Positions 10,700 to 21,960 of a stretch of 64,000 bases of DNA are shown here, piece by piece. The translations under genes and the position numbers were made by a program. Under the pieces are notes generated by a model, which saw nothing but the letters and a program-made list of their open reading frames with translations, was not told where the DNA came from and did not search any database. How positions within the stretch are numbered: position 1 is the stretch's first letter; each line of letters starts with the position of its first letter. This DNA is from Lobosporangium transversale (Eukaryota), in assembly GCF_002105155.1 (NCBI RefSeq), contig NW_019029016.1:1-64000 (forward strand). Direction: 5' to 3'.

Positions 10700-12445
10700 C
10701 TACAATGCGCCCTTGAAGACAATGTTTCTGGTGTATATCCCAGGCTTGGCTTGTACCTTCCCATTCCCGACCAGCACCTTAAGATTGTTTGGGTCAGTAC
10801 ACCGTGATAAAGCAACGTAGAGATGGCCATGACTGAAGACATCTTGAGGAAGATAAACACCGACATGTTTAAGTGTCTGTCCTTGTGACTTATTGATAGT
10901 CATGGCGAAGGCTGGCTTGACTGGAAATTGGCGTCTGCAGAACATAACTGGCGAAGAGCGGTCATCAATCGTTGTAAGCGGTATGCGAGGAATGAAAACA
11001 CGCTCCCCTCGATATTGCCCATTGATAATCTCAGTCTGGATCATTCTTGTGCCCAACGCACGCACAATCATGCGGGTGCCATTACATAGTCCGCGCTTTG
11101 GATTCAAGTTGCGAAGAAGGATGACAGGTTGACCGACTTTCAATTCCAGTTTGAATGGAGGCAAGCCTGGTGGACTAAGCTTGTTTAGATATTCTACAGG
11201 ATAATGGACCGGAGCTGTTGCTTCAGGGTCTTGTAGGCTATCTTGACCAATATAACTGACTGATTGCTGAGTACTACAGAGCATAGTGGTAGCCAATTGG
11301 TTTAGCCTGTCTACATCTTCATTGAGAGGGCTCAATATAGCGCGCTCAATGAGTATTTCAGGCCGGAGTCCAGCAGTTTCGATGTCTGGAAATATCTGCC
11401 TAATTAGTAGCTTTTCGTGACTGTGATCCTTATTTACAGCTGGGGCGTCAAGGACCAAGTTGTCAGGTATCCTGATATAGTCGACATGAGGGCCAAAACT
11501 AACGGTCGGCTCTGTCCCTTCACCAATACGGAGTAGCCATTCGACAAACGCTTGGTTCTCAGGATGGCTGTTAACTCGCATATTCTTGCTCAGTCTGAGT
11601 GTCGTCACCGAAGGCCAAATATAAGATCTTTTCAATGAAGCATCCTCAATCTGAGCCTGTGTCCCACGGATGACAACCGGAAGTACCTGTCTGAAGTCGC
11701 CTCCAAATACAAACACTTTACCACCGAACGGAGTATCCTGTTCCATAATGTCTCGAAGCAGCCTGTCTACAGCCTCAAAACAATGCTTATGCTGCAAAGG
11801 AGCCTCATCCCAGAAGACGACATCAGCATTACGTATTCTTACCGCAGCACCTTGCCGCATACCAAGATAGCAGATGGAGCGACAGTCAACAGGGATCGGT
11901 ATCTTGAACGTAGAATGGGCTGTATGGCCGTTATGGAGAATAAGAGAGGCAATTCCTGATGATGCGACAGCAATCACACTTCGCTTATGTCGGCCAGTGA
12001 GACAACCAATGAGCGTGTTGTATAAAAAGGATTTGCCTGCTCCTCCTGGGCCATCAATGAAAAAAAGTCTCTCATGAACCTCACCCTTGGCTGCCTTAAT
12101 GATGTGTTCAAAGGCTATCCTCTGGTCCAAGTTCAAGTGTATCACGTTATTGAGAGCCTCTTGTTCAAATTCCCATTGCTTCTGCGTGTCATCAACTTGA
12201 TCTTCCTCCTGTAGGGCATTTTCTATTCCTTGAGGCATCTCTGGAAAGTTAGCCAGGCAGGACCCAAGCTCCTTCAGCACTTCATTCAGATCGTAGAGTG
12301 CCGAGCTCTTAGCTTGTTCCTCTGCGATACCCTCCGCAGTAGCAGTTGCTTCTCCCTGGAGTCCTTTACATATATGAAGGAAGTCTTCTGACAGGTCCCT
12401 TGCAAAGCGAGTCCAAAGAGCCAGTGGGTCAGAGAGACTACAGTT
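10700..12445 (-). CDS. Helitron PIF1-family helicase portion of RepHel
   Basis: GPGGAGKS, WDEAP, FGGDFRQ, GLCNGTR, FAMTINKSQGQT, VFSHGHLYVALSR. The first ~98 aa of the tracked 679-aa ORF appear to be off-frame. Confidence 0.9.
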   Translation of the reverse strand, partial: NCSLSDPLALWTRFARDLSEDFLHICKGLQGEATATAEGIAEEQAKSSALYDLNEVLKELGSCLANFPEMPQGIENALQEEDQVDDTQKQWEFEQEALNNVIHLNLDQRIAFEHIIKAAKGEVHERLFFIDGPGGAGKSFLYNTLIGCLTGRHKRSVIAVASSGIASLILHNGHTAHSTFKIPIPVDCRSICYLGMRQGAAVRIRNADVVFWDEAPLQHKHCFEAVDRLLRDIMEQDTPFGGKVFVFGGDFRQVLPVVIRGTQAQIEDASLKRSYIWPSVTTLRLSKNMRVNSHPENQAFVEWLLRIGEGTEPTVSFGPHVDYIRIPDNLVLDAPAVNKDHSHEKLLIRQIFPDIETAGLRPEILIERAILSPLNEDVDRLNQLATTMLCSTQQSVSYIGQDSLQDPEATAPVHYPVEYLNKLSPPGLPPFKLELKVGQPVILLRNLNPKRGLCNGTRMIVRALGTRMIQTEIINGQYRGERVFIPRIPLTTIDDRSSPVMFCRRQFPVKPAFAMTINKSQGQTLKHVGVYLPQDVFSHGHLYVALSRCTDPNNLKVLVGNGKVQAKPGIYTRNIVFKGAL

Positions 12446-14787
12446 GATCATCATCTGCATTTGTTGCTTCTGCCCTCGAAATTTCTTTCTCAATGGCACT
12501 ATTGAGCTTGAACCATGCCATGAGCTGCGAGTCTTGGGCACAGGAGATGACTCGCTCGAGGTTAGCATCAGGACCGAAGACCACTTGCTGCTGATCCTCC
12601 AGATGGACAGGCAGTCGAACAACATTATGGGATTGCCCATGGAGCGCAAAGCCATACATACGCCATAAGCTCTCGCAAGTAGATACATATCGGCTATCCC
12701 TGTATTTGCTGACCTCATCGAGATTAACATTTCCTCCATCCGCTGCCAGCCACGACAGCAACTGATGCTCTATCATGACCCTTGTGCACGTATTTGTAAA
12801 TATACTTGACTGATGACACTGATCCACAGACTTCAACGTTAATATGAGCGTTATATTTGGTTGTAAGCCATAAATTGTGAGGAACAACCCAAGTGTTGTC
12901 GACAGTGTTGCCTTTTGAGTTTACAAAGGAGCGTGCAGGATCATTACGTCGACGATAGTTCGGGTAGCCATCCTCGCTTCTTGCAGTATTTCCCAAAAAT
13001 GAGCGTGGGTACTTTTTGCTGCAGCTCCCTTCCACCATGCATGGCGCTTTAGAATTATGGACCCCACATGGTCCATGTACCATGTGGGAAGTTACTGGCT
13101 CGTACGCAAGCGGGGCACTGTGTCGATCGGGGATCTCTGCAGACACAATAGAGTCAATGTCGTCTGCAGTCCGAGGCTTGCTTCCATCGTCAAGAATTAT
13201 GAGGAGATGCTGATGCGGCAAACCACGTTTCTGGAACTCGACGACCCAATTGTAAGCAATAACTTTCCCTAGGACATCTTTCTTGAAGAGGTCATCCTCT
13301 AGAGCCTTCTTTTTGAGATTAAATACTCGTACGCAAAGGTCAGGCCAATCAGCTGCTGTTTGGCCTTCATAAAGAGCCTCCTGGATCTCTGGCCACTGGG
13401 GATTACATGTGAAGGTGATGAAGAGATCTGGCTTGCCAAACTTCCGAACCATGGCAATGGCATCTTGGAACAACTGTTGCATAAATCTGGGGCCTCCAAC
13501 AAAGGAAGATGGTAAGATAATCCGCTTTCCAATATTCTCTGGCCTGAGATTGAGGTCAATTGCATCTACTATGCCGATATATGCATCCGCTTTGAGCTTA
13601 GCTTGATTCATACTGATATATAGGAGCCGAGAAGTTTCCAACTTGTAATATTGGTCGACAATATATTGGTGAGCCAAACGTGGAATCATCCAAATGTAGG
13701 ATCGTTGATCTGTTGAGCTGATTGGGCGGATTTGCAGTCTATATGCATAGAACTCCCTTTGGCTGACGAACTCTCGGGTTTTTTTCGTCCGGCTCTCATG
13801 AGGTTCCATCTGGTCATCCTCAACATCCTCACCATCGCTTTCTCCAAGAGACCTTTCAGAGCCTAGCTCTGACCCGCTTTCCTTCTTATACTTGCCGTAT
13901 GTCCACCCACACTCACCATTCGGATGCAAGAGAACGTAGTGAAGGCTGTCGTATGACGGATGAGTCTCGCTGATCTGCTGTAAACCGCCCCCTTTGTATT
14001 CAATAACTATATCCCTTCTTGAAACTTGGCTATCATCACCAGGCATCAAAACAGCGATTTCAGAGGACGAAGGGGGACCATATTGTCTCCGTCCTTGGCT
14101 CCTTAGGTCACGTTGGGACTCAGCACGGATGACGACCCTTAACTGAGTATCTTGACCATTGACACGCTCTTTAATGTTCTTGAGTAAACGGGCCATCGGG
14201 TGATGTCGTTCGAGAAGCTGTTGTAGCTCAATTAACAAACTGTTGTCGAGAGAACCTTCAAAGTACCCATTGCGAATTTTGGCCTGCTCTTCAGGGTCAT
14301 GAATATGGCTGTGGATCTGTAAAAACTGAGGATCTACACCTTCAGACGGGCTCAGAGGGCCAATCAGGTGAGCGATACCTCCGATAATACGGAAAGTGTA
14401 CACGCCTTGTTGGCTGTTTGCAAGGCTCCTGGCATGGTTTACTTTCATCGACGTAAAGGACAGAGCACAGTTGTATTGCCGTGCATTATTTCGAATGGCT
14501 TTGCTTCTCGCGTCTTGGCCACCAAAGACCTCTAAAAAGCGGCGCGGAATACCCTCCAGATGAGGGATTTTGACTTGACCTCTGCCGCAGCACAAGGAAA
14601 ATTCTGGTCGGTGCTTGGTGTTTTTCACTCGTTCTTCAAGGAACATGATAGCATTGCAATAAGGGCACCGGACCATCTGCTCTAAGCGGTGTCTATGGCG
14701 CTCGATATTGGGGCCTGAGATTAATTCTTGTTGGAACCTCCTTCTAGCGGTGGGGATAGTATCCATACTATTGGAATATAGAATCAC
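12438..14787 (-). CDS. Helitron Rep (HUH Y2 endonuclease) portion of RepHel, frameshifted near 12745
   Basis: FITFTCNP, VEFQKRGLPHQH (HUH), KYIYKYVHKG (Y2); continues in the 12438-12887 frame as DEVSKYRDSRYVS...VVRLPVHL...LMAWF. Confidence 0.9.
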
Positions 14788-14875
14788 AAATTTTTATTAA
14801 TATTTTATATGGGCTTTTTCACTTATCACAATATTTTTCTACACTAAAATAATAATAAGGGGAGGTCGGACTTAC

Positions 14876-15325
14876 TCTTTATCGGGACATGTGTTTAGGT
14901 TATGTCCTGGGCGACTGCATATACTGCACTGCCGTTGCACAGGCCGACAGGGTGACTGTAGCCTAGAGAGCAATGATAATGATGTTAGATTAGAAACGCA
15001 ATACGTGGTAGTTTATAAATTCAATAAAATGTGAACCAAGAGTAGCTCACCTTCGTCTTCGCTCAGGTCTTTCGCTTTCACCTGGGCCATCAAGGCTAAT
15101 GCTTCGTCTGCGAGTCGTCACAGGCTCGGTTCGATTCTGCATGGGGTCACTAAAGATAACATTGCAAAAGAAATGGCAATTTAGGATTGAAAAAAAAAAA
15201 ATGCATTGCTAAGGATTACATATCGAAACATCAAAATGGAGCTCACCCTTCATTATTTGGACATGTACTTCGGTTATGTCCTGCTTGGCCGCAAATACTA
15301 CATGTCTTCGCCTTAGGGGGTGCTA
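14876..15325 (-). CDS. Probable upstream micro-exons of RepHel encoding two CCHC zinc knuckles
   Basis: CSICGQAGHNRSTC (~15262-15303) and CSICSRPGHNLNTC (~14888-14929), each preceded by AG and followed by GTGAG/GTAAG. Confidence 0.7.
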
Positions 15326-15949
15326 TCAATAGTAACGGTGCAGAGTCAAAAATGAAATGAAATTAATAAAAATTAAAAAAATAAAATAAATAAAAGACTT
15401 TAAATTGTATACCTTTGCCTCTGTATGAGAGTAATGTCCTGTCCAGTGCTTTTAACAATGCAACGGGGGTAATAAAGACATTAGTTCGGAATCAGCAAAC
15501 ACCAACTACTATACTGTCAACAAAAAATAAAAAAATAAAAAAAATGAAGCGCAAGGAAATTCAACACACCTTGCATTTTGAGGGCAGGTCCACCTGTCAT
15601 GTTTGTTACTGTTGCACCGAATACAGGTGTAGGTCTTATATTTACAGTGCTGCATTCAAATTTTGATACTGAGAGGGCTGTCGAAAACGAAAGATATTTT
15701 AGTAAAATGAAAGAATGCAAGAGACAGCGTAAAACCCCAACTTAAATAGAGGCCTGATAATGTCGCACTGGCCTCTTGTTACTTTTTAACGTCTACAATG
15801 TAATTTAAGCATTGTTTATTTTTATTGGTCTTGGGCGAAGTCATTTCCTTCAGGCAATATTAAAAAAAAAAAAAAAAAAAAAAAAGACCTATGAAAAGCA
15901 AACACGGGGTTATGACCATTTCAGTCTTTAGGTAGAGAAATAAGAGGGG

Positions 15950-16771
15950 TTATTGATACTTGATGGTTGGTTCTTCAGCCTCTACTAATGATATCTGCAA
16001 ATCCAAAGGAGATAATTCAAGACCCACAGACCCACATTCCAACAGCAACTCTGCCGAACAATTAGGACAATTGGTGTGTATAGGATCTATGTTAGTTATG
16101 GCGTGATATCTATGCTCTCCACCCCTTTTCCGCGGAGGAGATCGTGGTTCAAGGTAAGCTGGTGGAGGGGTTGGAGTGACGGGTTTAGAAGCAACTTGAT
16201 GGTATAAGTTTGGTGTAGCCGAAGGGACCAATGTTTCCTGCGACCGGGAGAGCTCTAAGTTATAGTCTTCTTGAGTAGGACAAACACAGCTGCTCTGAGA
16301 AGAACAACCTGTGTTCATGCAAACAACACAGCCAAGCCTGACTGCAAGCTCAGCTCTCATTGCCTCTTCTTTACGTCTTCTTTCTTCCTGTTCTTTTTTT
16401 TCCCCTTCTCTCTCTTGTTCAAGGAGTTCAAATAGGGCGCACTCGTCAATGCAGTCATATATCATGTCATATAGCTTCTCTTCATTCTCCACATCCTCTG
16501 CTTGCCGGCCTGGTAACTCCTCTCTTACCTCCACAGGCTGTGCTCGGATGATACGTGGTACAGCCCGTCGAGATCGTCGTGCTCGGATGATGCATCGTAC
16601 GCCTGAAGTGGAGCTGTCCGACGGAGGAACGGCTTTCGAGTGGTTCGAGTCACCATAAATAGAGCGAGGGCACTTGGTAGGCAACTGGCTTCTGGGAGGT
16701 GCAGCTGATGACGAACGTGTGGAACGTGTGGCAGCCAACGACGACGAACGTGTAAAACGTTTGGCAGGCAT
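15950..16771 (-). CDS. Helitron passenger protein, 273 aa: basic N-terminus, acidic coiled coil, Cys clusters
   Basis: Intact ATG ORF with CVVC-x4-C-x5-CVC and HTNCPNC-x7-C; homologous remnants at ~3480-3900 and ~52860-53390. Confidence 0.7.
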   Translation of the reverse strand: MPAKRFTRSSSLAATRSTRSSSAAPPRSQLPTKCPRSIYGDSNHSKAVPPSDSSTSGVRCIIRARRSRRAVPRIIRAQPVEVREELPGRQAEDVENEEKLYDMIYDCIDECALFELLEQEREGEKKEQEERRRKEEAMRAELAVRLGCVVCMNTGCSSQSSCVCPTQEDYNLELSRSQETLVPSATPNLYHQVASKPVTPTPPPAYLEPRSPPRKRGGEHRYHAITNIDPIHTNCPNCSAELLLECGSVGLELSPLDLQISLVEAEEPTIKYQ

Positions 16772-17245
16772 TTTTTTTTTTTAGCAGATAAAATAGACGA
16801 AAGCAATAAAAACAAAGGTCTGAGGAAAATGAAAGCAAGGATTCAGAAATATAGGTGCGTTGAGGGATTAAGATTGTAAAACAAAGCGAACAGGTTTATT
16901 TAAATCTACAGTGCATCGTAGACGCGAAGCGATACTTTTTTTGCATGCTGATTTAAAGTTTCAAAATAAGGGTCGTGTCACATGGGCAAAATAAATTTAA
17001 TTAAGGGACAGCGAATCACATTTTGACTCTATCCGTAAAAAAACAGCCGAAATCCAATCACTCTACACTGGATGCCCCATTCTCCAATTAAATGAGACTC
17101 TTGCCACCCACAGATTCTTGCTTACCCATGGATGAGTGAATGCTCCAAGCTGTTGCTTATTTATGTTTTGTTCATTTATGATGCTCCAAAAGTTGTCACA
17201 TAACTTCGCAGTCACCTAATTTTTCTACCTGCTTTAATATATAGA

Positions 17246-19380
17246 TTTTTTACTCGCTCATTCGCTTACTATTTTACTCCACAATGGCTTTCTTTACCGC
17301 TGACATATGATGAATATTATTAGTAGTAGTATTATTATTATTATTAATACCTTTGGCAGTGGGATACCAAGTTTCCTTTGCGTTGCTGTAAAACGTCATA
17401 TGGACGACACAAAAGAAAAACAGTTTTCGTAAATACCCTTCGTCTCCCCCCAACTTTTCTTTTCTTTTTTTCTCTCTTCACTCTCATTCTCTCCACCTCC
17501 CCTTCACATGCCTTACAAAAGCCATACTTAGGCCATAAAAAATGCTCTATCCCAGGCGTGAAATACAATCCTCTATAGAGCCGTCATCAAGTAAGTATCT
17601 AGCGTATGCATGCCTTCGCTTTGTCTTGCTTGTGGTTGTCCCTACCATGGAACAAGCTCAGCATACTTACAAAGCTATCTTCGTTCTTTTTTTTTTTTTT
17701 TTTTTTTTTTTGTTTCGTTTTCCTCCTTCTAGCTGTAGCCCTAGGCTCACGGCGACGATTGTCCCAAAGACTGCAAAAAGCTCATGCAGTGCTTATCGAA
17801 ATGGGGCGAAAGCGGAGCTGTAAGTACAATTTCTTTTAGAGTACATGTCGTGACTTTCTGTCTGTACTCTGCTGTGTTCTGATTACCAAATATTCTAACC
17901 ACGCGTGTTTTTTTTGTCTTCTTCCCTTAAAGGCTCATCCGCTTGGACTCTAGCCTGCCGGGCCCTCTGTCAATCCCTCGCAACTCCTTGAAGGGGGATC
18001 ATTGTAGTAGCTCTAGAGAGCCTCTAGCCTCTGGACCTTACTTTGATCCGAGTGCCCTTGGGGATTTCGCGTAGGTAACAGATGACACACAGTTGTGGTC
18101 ATCCAAGTATGGTAAGTCAGTAGCAGTGGCCTGTTTACTAGGCCTATAGAGCTCGAGTCTCGGCCCTCAAGGAGGTCCCCCCTCCAGCAGGATCAGGATC
18201 AGGACCAGGATCAGGATCAGGTGTTATCAAGGCCTGATAACACCTCAGGTAAGTATACATGCGCATACATAGCAAAGAGCATATTAACTTGTTTCTACCA
18301 TTGCTTTTGTTCTCTCTGTTTAGGTGGGATCTTGGCAACTCGGAGCTCTATAGTGTTTAGTAAATAGTTCATTGCTACTGACACCATTCTTAGATCACCT
18401 CAATTAGCGAAGCTGCACCAGGCGCCTGGCTGTAGTGTGTAGTGCATGGCGTAGAGGCGTCATGTTGTGTGACCTGTTACCTGCCGTCTGAACCAAAGGT
18501 ACTCTGGTCATAGTAGGGCTTCATTGGCTAGTCGTTCGATAGACTATTGCAATGAGACCTCTGCTTGGAGAAGCGAGAGCAAGGGTCATAAGGGGAGTAG
18601 AGGGCCTTGCGGCTAGGAGCGCAGGGCCAATAGAAAGCAGACAGCAGCCGAGGGCCGAGGGCCGAAGCCAATAGTCAAGCGCCAGAAGTCAGCAGTCAAC
18701 ACCCAACATCCAATAGCAGAAAAAAAAAAAAGCAAATAACCAAAACACAAAACAAAGAACAAAAAAAAAAAAGCAAATAACTAAAACACAAAACAAAGAA
18801 CAAAAAAAAAAAAAAGATAAAAAAAAGATAAAAACCGAAACATAGAGCGCCTGGAGAAATAGCCTCAGAGCTAATAACCAACAGCCAACAGCCAACAGCC
18901 AACAGCCAACAGCCAACGGCCAACAGTTAACAGCCAACGGCCAACAGTTAACAGCCAACGGCCAACAGTTAACAGCCAACGGCCAACAGTTAACAGCCAA
19001 CGGTCATATAAAAACCCCCAAAAAACCCAAAAAAAAAAACCAAAAAAAAAAAAAAAAAAAAAAAAACTTCAAATGAAAATTAAAAAAAGAATAAAAACTT
19101 CAAAAGAAAAAAAAAAAAAAAAAAAAAAAACCCCCGAAGCCAGAAGCCAGAAGCCAGAAGCCAAAGTCAGAAGCCAGAATCCAAATGCCAGAAGCCAAAT
19201 GCCAGAAGCCAAATGCCAGAAGTCGGAAGTCAAAAGATCGAAGCCAGAAGCCAAAAGTCAGAAGCCAGAAGCCAAAAGCCAAAAGCCAGAAGCCAAAAGG
19301 CAGAACCCAGAAGTCAAAAGCCAGAAGCCAGGAACCAAAAGTCAGAACCAAAAATCAGCAGATAGCAGTCACGTCACTGC

Positions 19381-19411
<31 letters not shown>

Positions 19412-20490
19412 AACCAGCTCACTCCACTCAACCAAAAGAAACCTCATTGAAAGCCAGCCAAGGCCCAAAGTCGGTAGACGGTTGGCTCAGTCATAGGAGC
19501 TATAGACTCCCTCATCAAAATTAAAGACAGAAAACCTTAGTCAAAGCAATCGAAGGCAGCCAGGCAACCACAATCAATCAAACACAGTTTGCTGCAATCA
19601 AGGAAATCAAAGACTACCAAAGCCAAAGCCAAAGTCGACCAAGGGCAACCTATAAGAGTCCCGATAATCAAAGGCAGTCAACCAAGGGAAGCTAACCCAA
19701 AGCCAGGCCACTAGGGCCAGTCAACCAAGGTTTCCAAGGCCAGTTAGCCAAGGCGCCATCAAAGAATATGCTAAAAAGCAACATCAAAAGAATCCAAGCC
19801 GACTAGGAAATGTTCGGTTCATGCAAACGTACCATGGGCATCGCCACTCTTGGGCCAGGATGCAGCTTGGAAAGCACAGCATAGTAAACAATTAACAATA
19901 AATATTAAAAGACAAGATCAGACACAATGATCTTTGTCTTTTGTCTGAAAATGTGATGGATCTGTGACTATTGTGAATGCGAAATAGGAATAGAATGTTA
20001 GTAGCGATAACCAATAGCAAAGCCAATGGATTAAGCTGTGCCAGCTATCGGTAGCAAGCTACTCGGTAATATATAGCTGGCTATATACTTACATCCACTC
20101 ATCAACGGCCTTGAAGAGCAACCCAATCAAGCACATGAATACCTTAGTGGAGTTGTGGACGTGTATTGTTACAGGCGCCTACCGTGTTACAGTGCGTTCA
20201 CATTTGCACTGTCTGTGGCCTCATTGACTACAGCAGTTAGTAAAGGAGACCATCTTCTTTATCCTCTTCTTCTATTCTCTTTCTTCACTCTTAACAAGAG
20301 ATGGGATAGACTATGTGGGGATTATACTTTGGCAGATTGCCGTTTTTCCAGAGTTTGATAGAAGATAGCACATGACAATCCTCAAGATACCTCTGCGCCT
20401 TTTAATTTTAATTTCTATATTTTCATGCAAGACAATATGGAATATATAGATTAATGATTAGCATTTATAACTTCTTTGTTTGAAGGTAAA
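17246..20490 (-). repeat. Repeat R copy B (inverted); its 5' part continues at 10237-10416 across the Helitron
   Basis: Reverse complement of 1-1930 and of ~56850-60060. Confidence 0.9.
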
Positions 20491-21321
20491 GTAAAGTATC
20501 AACGTTTATGTATCGACCAATAAAAGACATCCAACCGTGTCGAGGGAATGACGTGTTGTATATCTCCTTGGCGTTCCGAAAATTAAAAAAAAAGGAAAAG
20601 TCTGTTCGAACAAAAATTGCTAAAGCACAGTTCCCACGATATACACAAACGACATGGCATACACGTGGGTATCAACAGTATCAACATTTCCACGAGCAAC
20701 GCTGCTTTATGAGCCCTCTTTAGTGCTATACCATGCTGCCTTGGCCATCTTTTGTCCACTTGGTATTTCTCCACATTATTGTTGCACTGTCATCAAAGAG
20801 AGTACTATATAAAAGAAAGGGCAAAATTAGGGATAAATAATAAAAATGTACATGAAGGATAATACCGCCGCCTCGCACCATGATTGTATGGACATGACTA
20901 ATATTGATGTGTGGCTGTTTGCTCTCAGAGACAGGTTGCCATCATTCATGTGGCATTTGGAGGTAAAAAAGGTCAATTTTATCGAGATGGACAATGTCTG
21001 TGTCCCTTGTCTGCTGTGTGAACATTCAGATTCAAAATGGACTCTGACCAACCAGAAAAAAGAGTGTTCAAACGAACATCTGACTGAAGGTGTCATGGCG
21101 GAAAAATAAATGACATTGCGGCGTTCCCCTCTGAACGCGTTATCTCTTTAGATTTTCAATACTTACTTTATACTCATTCGTTTAATATTACAACCCACCC
21201 ACCCACAATGACTTTCTTTATTGCTGGAGAATGATAGTTATCATTATTTATTATTATTTAACATTTGGCAGCAGGATGCTCAGTTTCCTTTGCGTCGCTG
21301 TAAAATATCGTATCGACAACA
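19945..21321 (+). repeat. ~1.4-kb direct duplication with ~55316-56690
   Basis: Near-identical ORF translations (20508 vs 55877; 20846 vs 56215); 20965-21320 is a diverged paralog of 10244-10416 plus 17246-17410. Confidence 0.9.
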
Positions 21322-21584
21322 TTATCCATCGAGCCAGGACCATATATGTGTTATCTTCTTTTATTGCCTAATTTAGCGAACTTTTCAGAAAACTACCCTT
21401 AAATAAAAGAAATAAACTATATAAATCTGCTCTGCTACCAAGTTGGATCTGCATCTTCTTGATAGTGAGCCAGGAAAAAATAGTAAAACTAAAGACAAAG
21501 GGTGGGTATAGGGTGGGACATATATGGTCCTGGCTCTCGGATAATAAGCTTAAGTCGTCATGTTATCCGACTTGGCCAGCTATT
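21321..21584 (+). mobile_element. Mini non-autonomous DIRS-like element, copy 2
   Basis: Nearly identical to 5653-5918; ATT at both ends; absent from the paralogous site at 56690. Confidence 0.7.
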
Positions 21585-21960
21585 ATTTTAATCTGAAACA
21601 TCATAATTGACAAAGTTTCAGTACGAATAGGAGCACTGCTTCTGTCTGCAAATTCCCAGAAGATATCTCTGAATCTTGTTCTAATTTGCGCTGCGCTTTT
21701 TTCTGTCGAGCACCTTGCAACTGTCTCTTCCTTTTATTCAAGTAAACCATTTTATTTCGATATTTTGCGATGTGTAAAGGAAGAAAGGATATTTTTTAAA
21801 GGTATACATGTAGAGAAATGAGCTTTTTTTTGGAAGAGAGTGAAGATGAACACCAAAATGGCGGCCATGAGTGCTTCATAAACAATGTGACTGCGGTGAT
21901 GTGAAAACGCAACAAATTAAGGTTTTTTTCCCAAATTTTTTCGCGACTAGATGCGGGACA

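Larger units (their letters stand above)
10417..17245 (-). mobile_element. Helitron, 6829 bp, exact termini 5'-TC...CTCG-3'
   Basis: The empty site (reverse complement of 60041-60080: ...acattttaaatattta|ttttttactcgctc) equals the joined flanks 10416|17246: A|T insertion, no TSD. Hairpin at 10428-10444. Confidence 0.95.

Noticed and set aside
12446..12739. N-terminal ~98 aa of the 679-aa helicase ORF
   Set aside because: The conserved Helitron sequence here is in another frame (12438-12887).
20800..20830. TACTATATAAAAG as a Helitron-like 5' end for repeat R
   Set aside because: Lacks 5'-TC and no matching 3' hairpin was found; it could equally be a TATA-like element.
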